From NCBI RefSeq assembly GCF_964213995.1, contig NC_135819.1:46996001-47060000 (forward strand): 64,000 bases of DNA, given 5' to 3'. Positions 10,920 through 23,933 of the stretch are shown here, piece after piece; positions within the stretch are counted from its first letter, which is position 1, and every line of letters begins with the position of its first letter. Below the pieces are notes generated by a model that worked only from the letters and a program-made list of their open reading frames with translations, made no database searches and was not told the DNA's origin. Both the position numbers and the translations under genes were made by a program. Origin of the DNA: Mustelus asterias (taxonomy: Eukaryota).

Positions 10920-11290
10920 TGGGGGAGAAAATGGTGTAATGATGATGTCACTGAACTTGCAATTCAGAGACCCAGGCTAATGCTCTGGGGACATGGGTTC
11001 AAATCCCACCACGACAGCTGTGGAATTTAAACTCCATAATATGGAACTTAAAGCTAGTCTAGTCACATTAATGGTGACTCTGATAGCTATCATAAAAGCC
11101 CAACTGGTTCACTAATGCCCTTTAAGGAAAGAAATACTCTTTGGCCAACATGACGGCAGACCAACAGTAATGTGGTTGGCTCTTAATTGCCCTCTGAATT
11201 GGTACATCAAGCCACTCAGCTCCAAAACAATTAGGAATGCTGGCTTTACCAGTGATGCCCACCTCCCATAAAAGAATAATTTTTAAAAAT
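10920..11290 (+). mobile_element. SINE family 2, diverged copy
   Basis: Homologous to 8728-9095. Confidence 0.7.
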
Positions 11291-11588
11291 CAAGATTGAG
11301 ACAAATAGATTTTTAAATATTAAAGGGAATCAAAGAATATGGGTGGGGATCAGGTAAGAAAAAGGAGTTGACAAACCAGATCGGGTATAGTCTTAATGGC
11401 AGAATAGGCTTGAGGGACTGTATGGCCTCCTTATGCTCTGATTTTCTATGTTGTGTATTAAGAAAAGGAATTGAAATGCAAAAAAAAAAGAAAGCCTCTC
11501 CTCCAGCTGGTTTAATAAATGCCACAAAGTCTTAACAGTCCCCCTTGGAGACTTGAGAGCGGGAACTGCAGAGTTGTGATTTGAGGAG

Positions 11589-13583
11589 CATAAGACCATA
11601 AGACCATAAGACATAGGAGCGGAAGTAAGGCCATTCGGCCCATCGAGTCCACTCCACCATTCAATCATGGTTGATTTCAACTCCATTTACCCGCTCTCTC
11701 CCCATAGCCCTTAATTCCTCGAGAAATCAAGAATTTATCAATTTCTGTCTTGAAGACGCTCAACGTCTCGGCCTCCACAGCCCTCTGTGGCAATGAATTC
11801 CACAGACCCACCACTCTCTGGCTGAAGAAATTTCTCCTCATCTCTGTTCTAAAGTGACTCCCTTTTATTCTAAGGCTGTGCCCCCGCGTCCTAGTCTCCC
11901 CTGTTAATGGAAACAACTTCCCTACGTCCATCCTATCTAAGCCGTTCATTATCTTGTAAGTTTCTATCAGATCTCCCCTCAACCTCCTAAACTCCAATGA
12001 ATATAATCCCACGATCCTCAGACGTTCATCGTATGTCAGGCCTACCATTCCTGGGATCATCCGTGTGAATCTCCGCTGGACCCGCTCCAGTGCCAGTATG
12101 TCCTTCCTGAGGTGTGGGGCCCAAAATTGCTCACAGTACTCCAAATGGGGCCTAACCAGTGCTTTATAAAGCCTCAGAAGTACATCCCTGCTTTTGTATT
12201 CCAAGCCTCTTGAGATAAATGACAACATTACATTTGCTTTCTTAATTACGGACTCAACCTGCAAGTTTACCTTTAGAGAATCCTGGACTAGGACTCCCAA
12301 GTCCCTTTGCACTTTAGCATTATGAATTTTGTCACCGTTTAGAAAATAGTCCATGCCTCTATTCTTTTTTCCAAAGTGTACGACCTCGCACTTGCCCACG
12401 TTGAATTTCATCAGCCACTTCTTGGACCACTCTCCTAAACTGTCTAAATCTTTCTGCAGCCTCCCCACCTCCTCAATACTACCTGCCCCTCCACCTATCT
12501 TTGTATCATCGGCAAACTTGGCCAGAATGCTCCCAGTCCCGTCATCTAGATCGTTAATATATAAAGAGAACAGCTGTGGCCCCAACACTGAACCCTGCGG
12601 GACACCACTTGTCACCGGTTGCCATTCTGAGAAAGAACCTTTTATCCCAACTCTCTGCCTTCTGTCTGACAGCCAATCGTCAATCCATGTTAGTACCTTG
12701 CCTCGAATACCATGGGCCCTTATTTTACTCAGCAGTCTCCCGTGAGGCACCTTGTCAAAGGCCTTTTGGAAGTCAAGATAGATAACATCCATTGGCTCTC
12801 CTTGGTCTAACCTATTTGTTATCTCTTCAAAGAACTCTAACAGGTTTGTCAGGCACGACCTCCCCTTACTAAATCCATGCTGACTTGTCTTAATCCGACC
12901 CTGCACTTCCAAGAATTTAGAAATCTCATCCTTAACGATGGATTCTAGAATTTTGCCAACAACTGAGGTTAGGCTAATTGGCCTATAATTTTCCATCTTT
13001 TTTCTTGTTCCCTTCTTGAACAGTGGGGTTACAACAGCGATTTTCCAATCCTCTGGGACTTTCCCTGACTCCAGTGACTTTTGAAAGATCATAACTAACG
13101 CCTCCACTATTTCTTCAGCTATCTCCTTTAGAACTCTAGGATGTAGCCCATCTGGGCCCGGAGATTTATCAATTTTCAGACCTTTTAGTTTCTCTAGCAC
13201 TTTCTCCTTTGTGATGGCAACCATATTCAACTCTGCCCCCTGACTTTCCTGAATTGTTGGGATATTACTCATGTCTTCTACTGTGAAGACTGACGCAAAG
13301 TACTTATTAAGTTCCTCAGCTATTTCCTTGTCTCCCATCACTAGATTACCAGCGTCATTTTGGAGCGGCCCAATGTCTACTTTTGCCTCCCGTTTGTTTT
13401 TAATGTATTTAAAGAAACTTTTACTATCATTCCTAATGTTACTGGCTAGCCTACCTTCATATTTGATCCTCTCCTTCCTTATTTCTCTCTTTGTTATCCT
13501 CTGTTTGTTTTTATAGCCTTCCCAATCTTCTGACTTCCCACTACTCTTTGCCACATTATAGGCTCTCTCTTTTGCCTTGATGC
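11589..13583 (-). mobile_element. CR1 LINE, 5'-truncated, with uninterrupted 625-aa ORF2 (RT domain) at 11677..13554
   Basis: KSPGPDG, NYRPISLTS, QHGF, DFQKAFDKV, GVPQGSVLGP and FADD motifs. (cataagac)n tail at 11589-11612. Confidence 0.97.
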
Positions 13584-16500
13584 AAGCACAGGAGACAGAG
13601 CTGCTCCTCCATTAACAGATTCTGTGTCACACGAATGCTGCTTCAGTTCTTCCAATCACAGGTTCCTTTTCCCCCACTCTTGTAGCTCCTTCAGGGACAG
13701 AATCTATAATTGGAGGAGCAGCAAGGGTGAAAGGGAAGGAACCTGTGATTGGAGATCCAAGAGCAGTTATTCTGGCTGGTCCTGCAGCCTCCATGCAGGC
13801 GACTTGCTCCCAATTCACTTTTCATCCAGCTGCTGGACAATAAGTCCATTGGCCTAACATCCTCCAGGAGACTGAGGCAAAGAAACATAAAATGAAAAAA
13901 AACAATCTTGGCTAGTGATGGAGCAGGCCCACAGGAGCCACTACTTAGCCTCACACCAGCACAGACCTGGCTGCCATTCCTGCCAATGGGACTGGGGTTC
14001 TAGGTGACCTTTTTGCAATGACAATGCAAATGCAGGATATTGTTTTGAGGGGAGGTGAGAAATGGAGAAAATTAGCTCATAAAGGAGTAGCCAATTATTG
14101 GAAGTGTGTCCAGGTTCTTATAAGGAAGCCCCCGTGCTATAGCTTCAATTAGAGTGCAAGAGCCCTGTGGGCAGCTTGTCTGGAGAGACTCGAACAGCTC
14201 CATGAATTTCTCATCCTCGGCTCTTGGTGCAGCTGGGTTCTTGACAATTATTATTTCCATTTTGGGCAGTCAACATTAAATAATTTTACATTTCCAAGTC
14301 TTATGCCTTTCAGACAGTTTGGATACCAGTAATGTTTTTGGTTGTGAGGGAGGCTATGAGCTGGAGTATCAGGTCTTTTTAGACCTTGCTGTGTAATTTG
14401 GGTTTGCTGTTCTGATGATTGTGTTTAATGTTAACGTCTCTGAGAGCCAAGCTTTCCTACACATTGGACAAGTTACTATTTACAATTCAGCTGTTGCCAG
14501 TTCAGATTAATACCATGATTCTCAAAACATTGATGTTCGTCAGCTCCTGCAATCAGCTGTGAGATATTCCTAGTAGCTGACAGTATTATATAATTTGGTT
14601 TGTCCACGTATCTCTTTCTGTTCATTTGGATCTGCTTGCCATTCCAATTTGCTACATAAAATACTGTTTAGTTATCTTGAATCATCCCTGTAAATGACGT
14701 AGTCTGAGTCACATAACTGTGCTCTTATCAGAATTACTACAAGGCAGATTTTTTTGTGGATTTAAGGATAACTCTCCTGCTAATTTGGTCTGCTATTAAA
14801 TACAAATAAAAGATGGCAAAATATGTAAGAAAAGCATATCCAAACAACATTACACTTGCTTTTGATTTCTTTCCCACGTCCAAGGATAATTGGGTGTGAA
14901 CCCCAGATTTTAACCCAATTTATAAACTATGACCATCTCCATTTCACAAGCGATTCATATATTCCCAGCAGCATGTTTCATATAGTATTTGATCCTTCAT
15001 GTCTTTATTTTTATTGTTTACAATCTCTCCATACAGTTTATCAAAATGTTTAATTAACACAACATCAAATATTTTGTGAGCAAAAATGATCATTGTGTTC
15101 TGTGATAGCAATTTTTTGATACTCTGGTTACATTATTGATGCCTTTCCGGATATTTTTTAACGATCTAAATTATGCCATCTCTCAATTTTCAAGCAATGA
15201 TAAAGAAATTTCAGTTCAGTTATTTATATCAATAGTGTGCTATCAGTTGGAACTGTTCAGAACTAATTAACACAAGATAAAGGAGAAAAACTGCACATCT
15301 CTGAAAAGCACTTTTTGTCTACATTAAAGGTATTGATGCAATATTTGTTCTTGAGTGGCATGATGGATTTGAATTGCTCCATTTGTATCTAGGAACGGCT
15401 AAATGGCAAAACCAAACCAGTCAGTTGGAACACTAAAATTTTGATACTGAAAGATTTATGAATAAATTTTCAAGGTCATGTTCTGTTGTTAACAGACTCC
15501 ACCCTGTATTCGATGAATTAATTGCATTGAATGCTAAAATGCTGAGGTCACTTTGGTGATTTCGTACAAATATTTAGATCCACTGTCTTGAAGATAAACA
15601 GGTTAAAGGGGGGTAATGACTTGAGGGGATAGGTTGTTGGGAGTGCCTCCTTTGGCCACAGAGGACCCCAAAGGAGGTCCCTCCCCCCCCCCCCCCCCCC
15701 CCCCCACCTGCACAGCACTGCTCCACGCAATAAAAGCTGCCGTAATACCCACTTGGAATGGGTCTCCCCATGTGTGGGTAAGAGGCAGACTAAGACGCGT
15801 AAGGTGGCATTATTCGGCTATTTGAGGGCACAAGGGCCCGAAGGGTGGGCAGGATCCATGATGCCTCTACCCCCTGCAAAATGGGAAACAGGTTGTTGCA
15901 AAGACTGCACACTGCATTTTACGCATCTCTTGCCTAAAGGCACTCTGGCGAGGGGGGGGGGTCATAAAATCCAGCCCAGTGTTTCTATCCATTTGAAGTC
16001 TTAATAATTCCAGCCATTTGAAGTGGTCTGAAAGTATTGCATACGTACAAATTATATGAAGTGCTATAATTACATGGTGCCTTGTCACAAATTTTGTCTT
16101 TGGCCACTGATCCCTGGATAATGTCGATTTTTTTTTGTAGAGAGTCCAGAACAACAGGACATTATCTTAGAGCTAGGCTACAGTTGATGTCAGGAAGTGC
16201 TACTTCGTGCAAAGGGTAGTGGAAATCTGGAACTTTCTCCTCAAAAGCTATTGAGTAAGGTAAATTTAAAATTTGGGATCAGTAGACTTTTGTTAGGTAA
16301 GTGCTGTGGAACCGAGGCAGAAAGTTGGAGTTGAGATATAAATTAACCATTATCTGATCAAATGAAAGAACAGGCTTAAGGGGCTGAATGGTCGACTTTG
16401 TTCCAACAGAGGAGAGTATCAGTGCAGTCCTGAGATCTGGATTAGCTGATAGTTTCTACGCAAAACAATTTGGCCCTGATGCATAAACAAGCATGTTTAT

Positions 16501-17059
16501 GAATCTTTTTCAAGCAACGTGAACAGGAATTTTAGTTGAGACTGATAAACTGTATTTGAACTTTCAACTATTTGGTGGCATGAGATGGTTAAACTGATGC
16601 TCATTTTACGTTTTATTTCCCCCTTCTCATGCCAACAATTTCTGCCACTTGTTATATGGTTTCATGTCCCTCAACAAGGGAGCATTATTCATCTGTGAGT
16701 CTTGACACTGACTTTCAGTACTCCATAGTACCACATCAATATTTGTCTGATATTTACATATGCCAATGCTGCAGTGCCCTGGTTAACTCATGCTGTGGTT
16801 TCTTTAATAATAATTCTTCCTCTAACGGAACAGATGCATTATCGTGTCTACCTTCCCTGATTGGCCTGGGGACCCAGCAGCAGGAGGCCAGTGTTACAGC
16901 CCTGAGAAAGTGATTCAGCTAAGCCCAGACCTTCACCATTCAGGTTCCCAACCCGCAAATGGTCCTGTAATTCCGGCAAAGAATGGGTTGATAACATTCT
17001 GCACTTTTATTAAGTTTATAGCATTTGAATTAGCTTAGGCTATCACTAATGTTGGCTCA

Positions 17060-17620
17060 AGAGGGTTCAGCACTAGTTCATATGCTCTGGAGACAGGAAA
17101 GGATATTGGCTCAAACAACATCCTGGCTGTAGTGATGAAAACATCTCTGGAGCTAGCTGCCTCTCTGGCCAATCTGTTCCAGGACAACTTCAACACAGAC
17201 AAATTGAAGCATTGTCAATGCGTGTCTGTCCACAAGAAGCAGGACAAATCCAATTCTGCCAATTATCACCCAATCAGCATACTCTCATTCATCAGAATAA
17301 TGATGGAAGTTGTTACTGACGAGTAAATGCTGCTTCGTAGGGAGTGGGTACCCATCCCTAGGTACCCTATGAAAAGATGTTGAGCTGGCTTCTTGAACCG
17401 CTATCGAACATTGATGTAGGTGTACCTAAAATGTTGTTTAGGTCAGGAGTTCCAGGACTTTGACCCAGCAACAATGAGAGTACAGCAGTATGGTTCCAAG
17501 TCAGGATGGTGTCTGACTTGGGGAACTTGCAGGTGACATTACCCCTACGACCCTGTTGTTTGAAGTGGTACAGGTTGCAGGTTTGGAAAATCCTGGTCAA
17601 GGGCAACTCTGGATGGATTA
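17060..17620. mobile_element. Old non-LTR retroelement fragments (RT piece on +, 17060-17320; 3' piece on -, 17325-17620)
   Basis: ORF 17132..17326 has VHKKQDKSNSANYHPIS (NYRPIS-like). A related fragment lies at 21865-22028. Confidence 0.55.
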
Positions 17621-17755
17621 TATATGCGGGCATTTAACATTGAATATTTTTCCATTTTGCGTGTGCCAAATTCTTACTGAAGGCATGCAAATCAAGTATG
17701 ATATAGTGAAGCTCCCTCTACTTTTTTGCTACAACATGTCTTATTCCAAACTTTT

Positions 17756-18054
17756 GGCACATTGGTTAGCACTGCTGCCTCACAGCGTCAGGGACCCAGG
17801 TTCGATTCCCAGCTTGGATCACTGTCTGTGTGGAGTTTGCACATTCTCCCAGTGTCTGCGTGGGTTTTCTCCAGATGCTCCAGTTTCCTGCCACAGTCCA
17901 AAGATGTGCGGATTAAGTAGATTGGCCAGGCTAAATTGCCCCTTAGTGTCAGGGTAAATGCATAAGGTTATGGGGGTAGGGCCTGGGTGGGATTGTGGTC
18001 GGTGCAGACTCGATGGGCCAAATGGCCACCTCCTGCACTGTAGGGATTCTATGA
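17756..18054 (+). mobile_element. HE1-like V-SINE
   Basis: Homologous to 10536-10878. Confidence 0.9.
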
Positions 18055-19747
18055 AACTTTATTATCCCTAAATTTCCTGTCTTTCTCTCTGTTCAGTTGT
18101 AAGATTGCCGCCAGGCTTCCACTTTCCATTCCTGATACATGTCATCCAATGACCCTTTCTGAGAAATGTACATTTGTGGATATTGGGTGAAGACAGAATG
18201 GGTTCTCCATTTTTGAGTACCTTGAAAATCCTCAACATTGTGCATCAACATAAGTTAGCAGAGCCCAGCACCATGAACTGTACTCCAATTAGAGTTGACA
18301 ACTTCAACAGGAGAAAGAATAAAACATTTAAGAATTTTGATATTTAATGTTAATTAAAGATACAAATCACAGGGAACCTTACTCATTAAGCAGATAACTA
18401 CGTATATCTGAACAGTATGCGGGTTATCTCCAGTTTCAGAGTGAGTCTGCATTTATTATGCATCAATTGTGATCTTCATTTTGATACCAAATTCAAAGGT
18501 GGAGTTGCTGTTTTGGCCCAAAATATTAAGAGCAACAAATATTTTCGCTTGTTCTTGGACTTTGTTCACATGCATTCTGAAAGTGGCATCCTGTTCTGGC
18601 ACATTCTTTGTTGTTATGCCAACATTGATATTTAAGATTGTGCATTTTTCTTTTGTTTGTTTTTACTAATGTTTCAACATAAGATTCCATGCTGTCTTCA
18701 TGGGATAACAAAATTCCAAACTGTCTTTAATTACTGCTGTTTCTTGTGGTCAGTTTGCTTTCCTCACTGCTCACTACATTTGTCTGGAGTTTTCTTTTGT
18801 GTTTGAGTATGCTTATATACTAAACTTTGGTTTGACCGTCTGATTAGCCTGCAAAAAAAGGAAGCACTTTAACACATGTTCAAAATTATATTTTTAGTTT
18901 ATAAGGTAGAGCAAATCCATTTTCTAATAGAATGTACTAACATTGCATTGAAAACACATATATTGTATAATGCAAGTTGAATTGCATTGTGGCCACCTGA
19001 CTTTGGCAGACAAGTTCCATCCCTACCACACAATTCTTGTTTTTACTTGCCCAATCCAGTGGCTACTTGCATCACTTTTCTATTCACCAAGGTCAAAGCA
19101 GAGACCTTATTCATACTGGTTCGTTGCCTTTTTAAAAGACAAGTTCTGCAGAAATCTGAGCCACGACTGAGCAACTGGTAAAAACAGAGTATAACTCAGT
19201 TGGACAGATCAGATGAGATCCAGATCTGATTCTTGAGCTGCACAAAGTTTTCTGATGTTTGTTTTTAATACACCTGGGTTAGGGTAGTGAAATTCTACCA
19301 GGATTAACATCCTCCAGATTGTTATCCAATCACCCCAGCTAGAAAGTGGCTTGCTTACGGATGTTGGGTGAAGACGGTGTTGAACCCTGCAATGATGTCC
19401 CTAAGTTGAATAACCTGCAAACTCACCTTCTCAGTCCACAGTTAAAAGAACGCAAGGAATCATTAGATGGGCAATGTCCATGGAACCAAGAAAGTAGGAC
19501 ATGTAAAATTTATTGACAATTAAATAACGTATGGCATTGCATTATACAATTTTCTCTCATACACAAAATTTTCAGAAATGCAATCTTTAATTGTTTTAGT
19601 GGTCATAAAAATTCAGTTATTCTTTTTTAAATACTGCCTCAAAAAGACAACCATTCAACTATTATTTAAATCTTAAAATGGTTGCTATTATTCTCTGGAG
19701 CTCGTTCCGTATGATCCCCAAGAGATTTATATTAGGGCCATTACTAT

Positions 19748-21850
19748 TAGAACATAGAAAAGCTACAGCACAAACAGGCCCTTCAGCCAACAAGTTACGC
19801 CAAACATGTCCCTACCTACTAGGCTTACCTATAACCCTCTATCTTACTAACTTCCATTAACTTATCCAAAAGTCTCTTAAAAGACCCTATCGAATCCACC
19901 TCCATCACCACTACCGGCAGCCGATTCCACGCACCCACCAGCCTCTGAGTGAAAAACTTGCCTCTAACATCTCCTCTGTACCTACTCCCCAGCACCCTAA
20001 ATCTGTGACCTCTTGTGGCAACCATTACAGCCCTGGGTAAAAGCCTCTGAGAATCCACTCTATCAATACCTCTCAACATCTTATACACCTCTCATCCTTC
20101 GCCTCTCCAAGGAGAATAGACCTAGCTCTCTCAACCTATCCTCATAAGGCATACCACTTAATCCCGGCAACATCCTCGTAATTCTCCTCTGCACCCTTTC
20201 TATGGCTTCCACATCCTTTCTGTAATGAGGCGACCAGAACTGGGCACAGTACTCCAGGTGGGGTCTGACCAGGGTCCTATACAGCTGCAGCATTATCTCC
20301 CGATTTCTAAACTCAATTCCTCTATTGATGAAGGCCAGTATTCCATATACCTTCTTAACCACAGCCTCCACCTGCGATGCTGTTTTGAGCGTCCTATGAA
20401 CCCAGACCCCAAGATCCTTCTGATCTTCCACACTGCCAAGCGTCTTACCCTTAATATTATATTCTTTCATCCTATTCGACCTGCCAAATGAACCACCACA
20501 CACTTATCTGGGTTGAAGTCCATCTGCCACTTCTCCACCCAGTCTTGCATCTTATCTATGTCTTGTTGCAACTGCTGACATCCCTCTACACTATCCACAA
20601 CCCCACCAACCTTTGTGTCATCAGCAAACTTGCCAACCCATCCTTCCACTTCCTCATCCAGGTCATTTATAAAAATCACAAAGAGCAAGGGTCCCAGAAC
20701 AGATCCCTGGGGCACTCCACTGGTGACCGACCTCCATGCTGAAAAAGACCCATCTATAACCACTCTTTGCCTTCTGTGGGCAAGCCAGTTCTGAATCCAC
20801 AAAGCAATGTCCCCTTGTATCCCATGCCCCTTCACTTTCCCAATGAGCCTTGCATGGGGCACCTTATCAAACGCCTTGCTGAAATCCATATAAACTACAT
20901 CTACTGTCCTTCCCTCGTCTATGTGTCTAGTTACATGTTCAAAAAATTCAATTAGGCTCGTAAGGCATGACCTGCCTTGGACAAAGCCGTGCTGGCTATT
21001 TCTGATCATACTATTCCTCTCCAGATGTTCATAAATCCTGCCTCTCAGGATCTTCTCCATCAACTTACCAACCACTGAGATTAGACTCACCGGCCTATAA
21101 TTTCCCGGGCTATCTCCTCCCTTTCTTGAATAACGGAATCACATCCGCAATCCTCCGGAACCTCTCCCATCTCCATTGACGACGCAAAGATCATCACCAG
21201 AGGCTCAGCAATCTCTTCCCTCGCCTCCCACAGTAACCTGGGGTACATCCCATCCGGTCCCGGCGACTTATCTAACTTGATGCTTTTCAAAAGCTCCAAC
21301 ACATCCTCTTTCCTAATGTCCACATGCTCAATCTTCTCAGTCCACTGCAAGTCTGCACTGCAACTACCAAGATCCTTTTCCACTGTGAATACTGAAGCAA
21401 GTATTCATCGAGTACCTCTGCCATTTCTACTGGTTCTATACAGACTTTCCCACCATCACATTTGATAGGTCCTACTCCTTCACATCTTATCCTCTTGCTT
21501 TTAACATACTTGTAGAATGCCTTGGGGTTTTCCTTTATCCTGTCTGCCAAAGCTTTCTCATGACCCCTTCCAGCTCTTCTAATTTCCCTCTTAAGTTCCT
21601 TCCTACTAGTCATATACTCTTCTAGATTTCTAACATTACCTGAACCTTTCGTAGGCTTTTCTTTTCTTCTTGACTAAATTCGTGACAGCTTTCGTGCACC
21701 ATAGTTCCTGTGACCTACCATAACTCCCCAGCCTCATTGGAACGTTGCTGTGTAGAGCTCCAGACAAATTTTCCTTGAAAATCTGCCACATTTCTTCTGT
21801 ACATGTCCCTGAGAAAACCTCCTTCCAATTTATGCCTCTAATATTCTTGA
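19748..21850 (-). mobile_element. CR1 LINE, 5'-truncated, frameshifted
   Basis: ORFs 19825-21890 are consecutive RT pieces (DFSKAFDKV, FADD). tagaacatagaa tail. Confidence 0.95.
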
Positions 21851-22779
21851 TATATACTTGATAAATGCTGTGGCTACCAGAGTAGGTCAACGGTTAGGAA
21901 TCCTGTGGCAAGTAACTCGCCTCCTGACCCTCCAAAGCCTGTCCAGTCCACCATCCACAAGTCAAGGAGTGTAACGGAATACTCTCCACTTGCCTGGCTG
22001 AGTGCAGCTCCAACAACACTCAAGAAGTGGAAAAGTTAAAGATCATCTGCTTCGGATCTGAGACAGATTGGAATATTTTTTTAGTGGTGGAAGACTCCGA
22101 GGAGGGATAAAAGGGTTTTGGTGTCCATGTACACACATAGCTAAAAGCTGGTACATAAATACAAAACTAATCAAAACAGCTAATAGAATATTGGCCAGCA
22201 TCTCAAGTGACTCGTCAAAGCAGCTGCCTATGATTAGCATCATAAAGGAACAGAAAGATGGTTAGAAGTTGTAGGAAATCATTAGAATTAAGAAAAGTGA
22301 TAGAGGAAGTTGGTTTCCTCTCCTTACATGTGGAATTCTTCTATAAAGTGCATTGAATTGAGCTTTTACGTATTTTATGCTTTAAAACATGTATTCCCTC
22401 GTGAAAAAACATCAATTAATCATTGGATATTCTCTTGTAATTCAGGAAATAATTTTAAAACTGAGAAATTGAAAAGAAAATCCTCTTTTTCAAGAGCCTA
22501 CCAAAATTTTTATTGGTTTACCAAGTAAGTCAGGAAACTAAACTAGTCATGGAAGGAATTCAGGATTCAGAACTTTCAAATGTTTTAGTGGCATCACAGT
22601 TCATTATGTTTTCTTTTTGTTCAACCACTGATGTTCCTTACAACATTTTCTTTTTTTAATTCAGGAATGGATTTTGTGAGACTAGCCAAATATTTGTGTA
22701 CTTTGAAGTTTGAAAATTTAAGATTTACCATTTTGATATGATCAGTTGCAAATTTCTAATAAACTGCCTCTGCTTGTAG

Positions 22780-22930
22780 ATGCCGTTAGAGAAGTGAGGA
22801 AATATTCACTGAACGAAGGGATTGGAAAAAATGAAAAGCTGCTTCCAAATATGTATGATCATCTCAACATGAAGCTTTTTAGAGCACAAAGGAATCTTTA
22901 CATATCTGGATTTTCACTGTTCCTCTGGCT
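22780..22930 (+). CDS. BCAP29: BCAP29 coding exon 3 (DAVREVRKYS...MKLFRAQRNLYISGFSLFLWL)
   Basis: ORF 22746..22934 carries the Bap31-family motif KLFRAQRNLYISGF. ttgtag| acceptor, |gtaagt donor. 151 nt. Confidence 0.97.
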
Positions 22931-23039
22931 GTAAGTATAAATGGTAAATAAAATGTTGTACTTTTAACTTCAACAAAAAGATAACTGGACCATTATCAAA
23001 CAATTTGAGAGTAGGGTGAAGGGCAGAAGAAATTTAGAT

Positions 23040-23380
23040 GGAGATTGTGGCATAGTGGTAATGTCACAGGAATAGTAATCCAGAGACCCAGGCTATTGCT
23101 CTGGGGCCATGGGTTCAAATCCCACTATGGTAACTGGTGGAATTTGAATTCAATTCATATATCAGGAATATAAAACTAATCTTGACAATGGTAACCATGG
23201 TTTATTAATGTCCTTTAGGGGAGGAAATCTCCCATCCTTACCTACATGTGACTCCAGATCTAAAATATAGTTGACTCTTAACAGCCCTCTAAAATGATCT
23301 AGCAAGGCACTCTGTTCAAGGGCAAGTAGGGATGGGTGGTAAATGCTTGCTTTGTAAAACTCATATCCCATAACAAAAAT
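23040..23380 (+). mobile_element. SINE family 2
   Basis: Homologous to 8728-9095. Confidence 0.75.
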
Positions 23381-23487
23381 CACTACCTACTCATCAGTTT
23401 GCTATTCTGCAGTATAGGTTCTGTTCTGCAAGAGTAACTTATTCTTCTTCTGAACATTCATGATTTTCACTGGGGTCTTTAGTCTCT

Positions 23488-23933
23488 TAGAGTCATAGAG
23501 GTTTACAGCATGGAAACAGGCCCTTCGGCCCAACTTGTCCATGCCGCCCTTATTTTTTTTTTAAACTCCTAAGCTAATCCCAATTGCCCGCATTTGGCCC
23601 AAATCCCTCTATACCCATCGTACCCATGTAACTGTCTAAATGCTTTTTAAAAGATAAAATTGTACCCGCCTCTACTACTACCTCTGGCAGCTTGTTCCAG
23701 ACACTCACCACCCTCTGTGTGAAAAAACTGCCCCTCTGGACACTTTTGTATCTCTCCCCTCTCACCTTAAACCTATGCCCTCTAGTTTTAGACTCCCCTA
23801 CCTTTGGGAAAAGATATTGACTATCTCCCTTGTCTATGCCCCTCATTATTTTATAGACCTCTATAAGGTCACCCCTCAGCCTCCTATGCTCCAGAGAAAA
23901 AAGTCCCAGTCTATTCAGCCTCTCCTTATAACT
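23488..23933 (-). mobile_element. CR1 LINE 3' fragment
   Basis: ORF 23574..23846 TRGHRFK...FFTQRVVSVWNKLP. tagagtcatagag tail. Confidence 0.92.

Noticed and set aside
12353-12745. Antisense ORFs over CR1 RT (also 39365..39847, 47721..48116)
   Set aside because: Shadow frames caused by codon bias of the RT strand.
11677-13554. 625-aa RT ORF as a domesticated gene or retron-like system
   Set aside because: It is a typical CR1 ORF2 3' portion with a microsatellite tail and 5' truncation. Youth explains the open frame.
15683-15706. Poly-C/poly-G tracts (also ~1044, 32364, 56976) as G-quadruplex elements
   Set aside because: Homopolymers within repeats, with unreliable length and no other support.
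19190-19500. Ancient LF-SINE/Deu-SINE-like relics (also ~18130-18260, 26830-26920, 61330-61480)
   Set aside because: The resemblance is from memory and too decayed to delimit or name without an HMM search.
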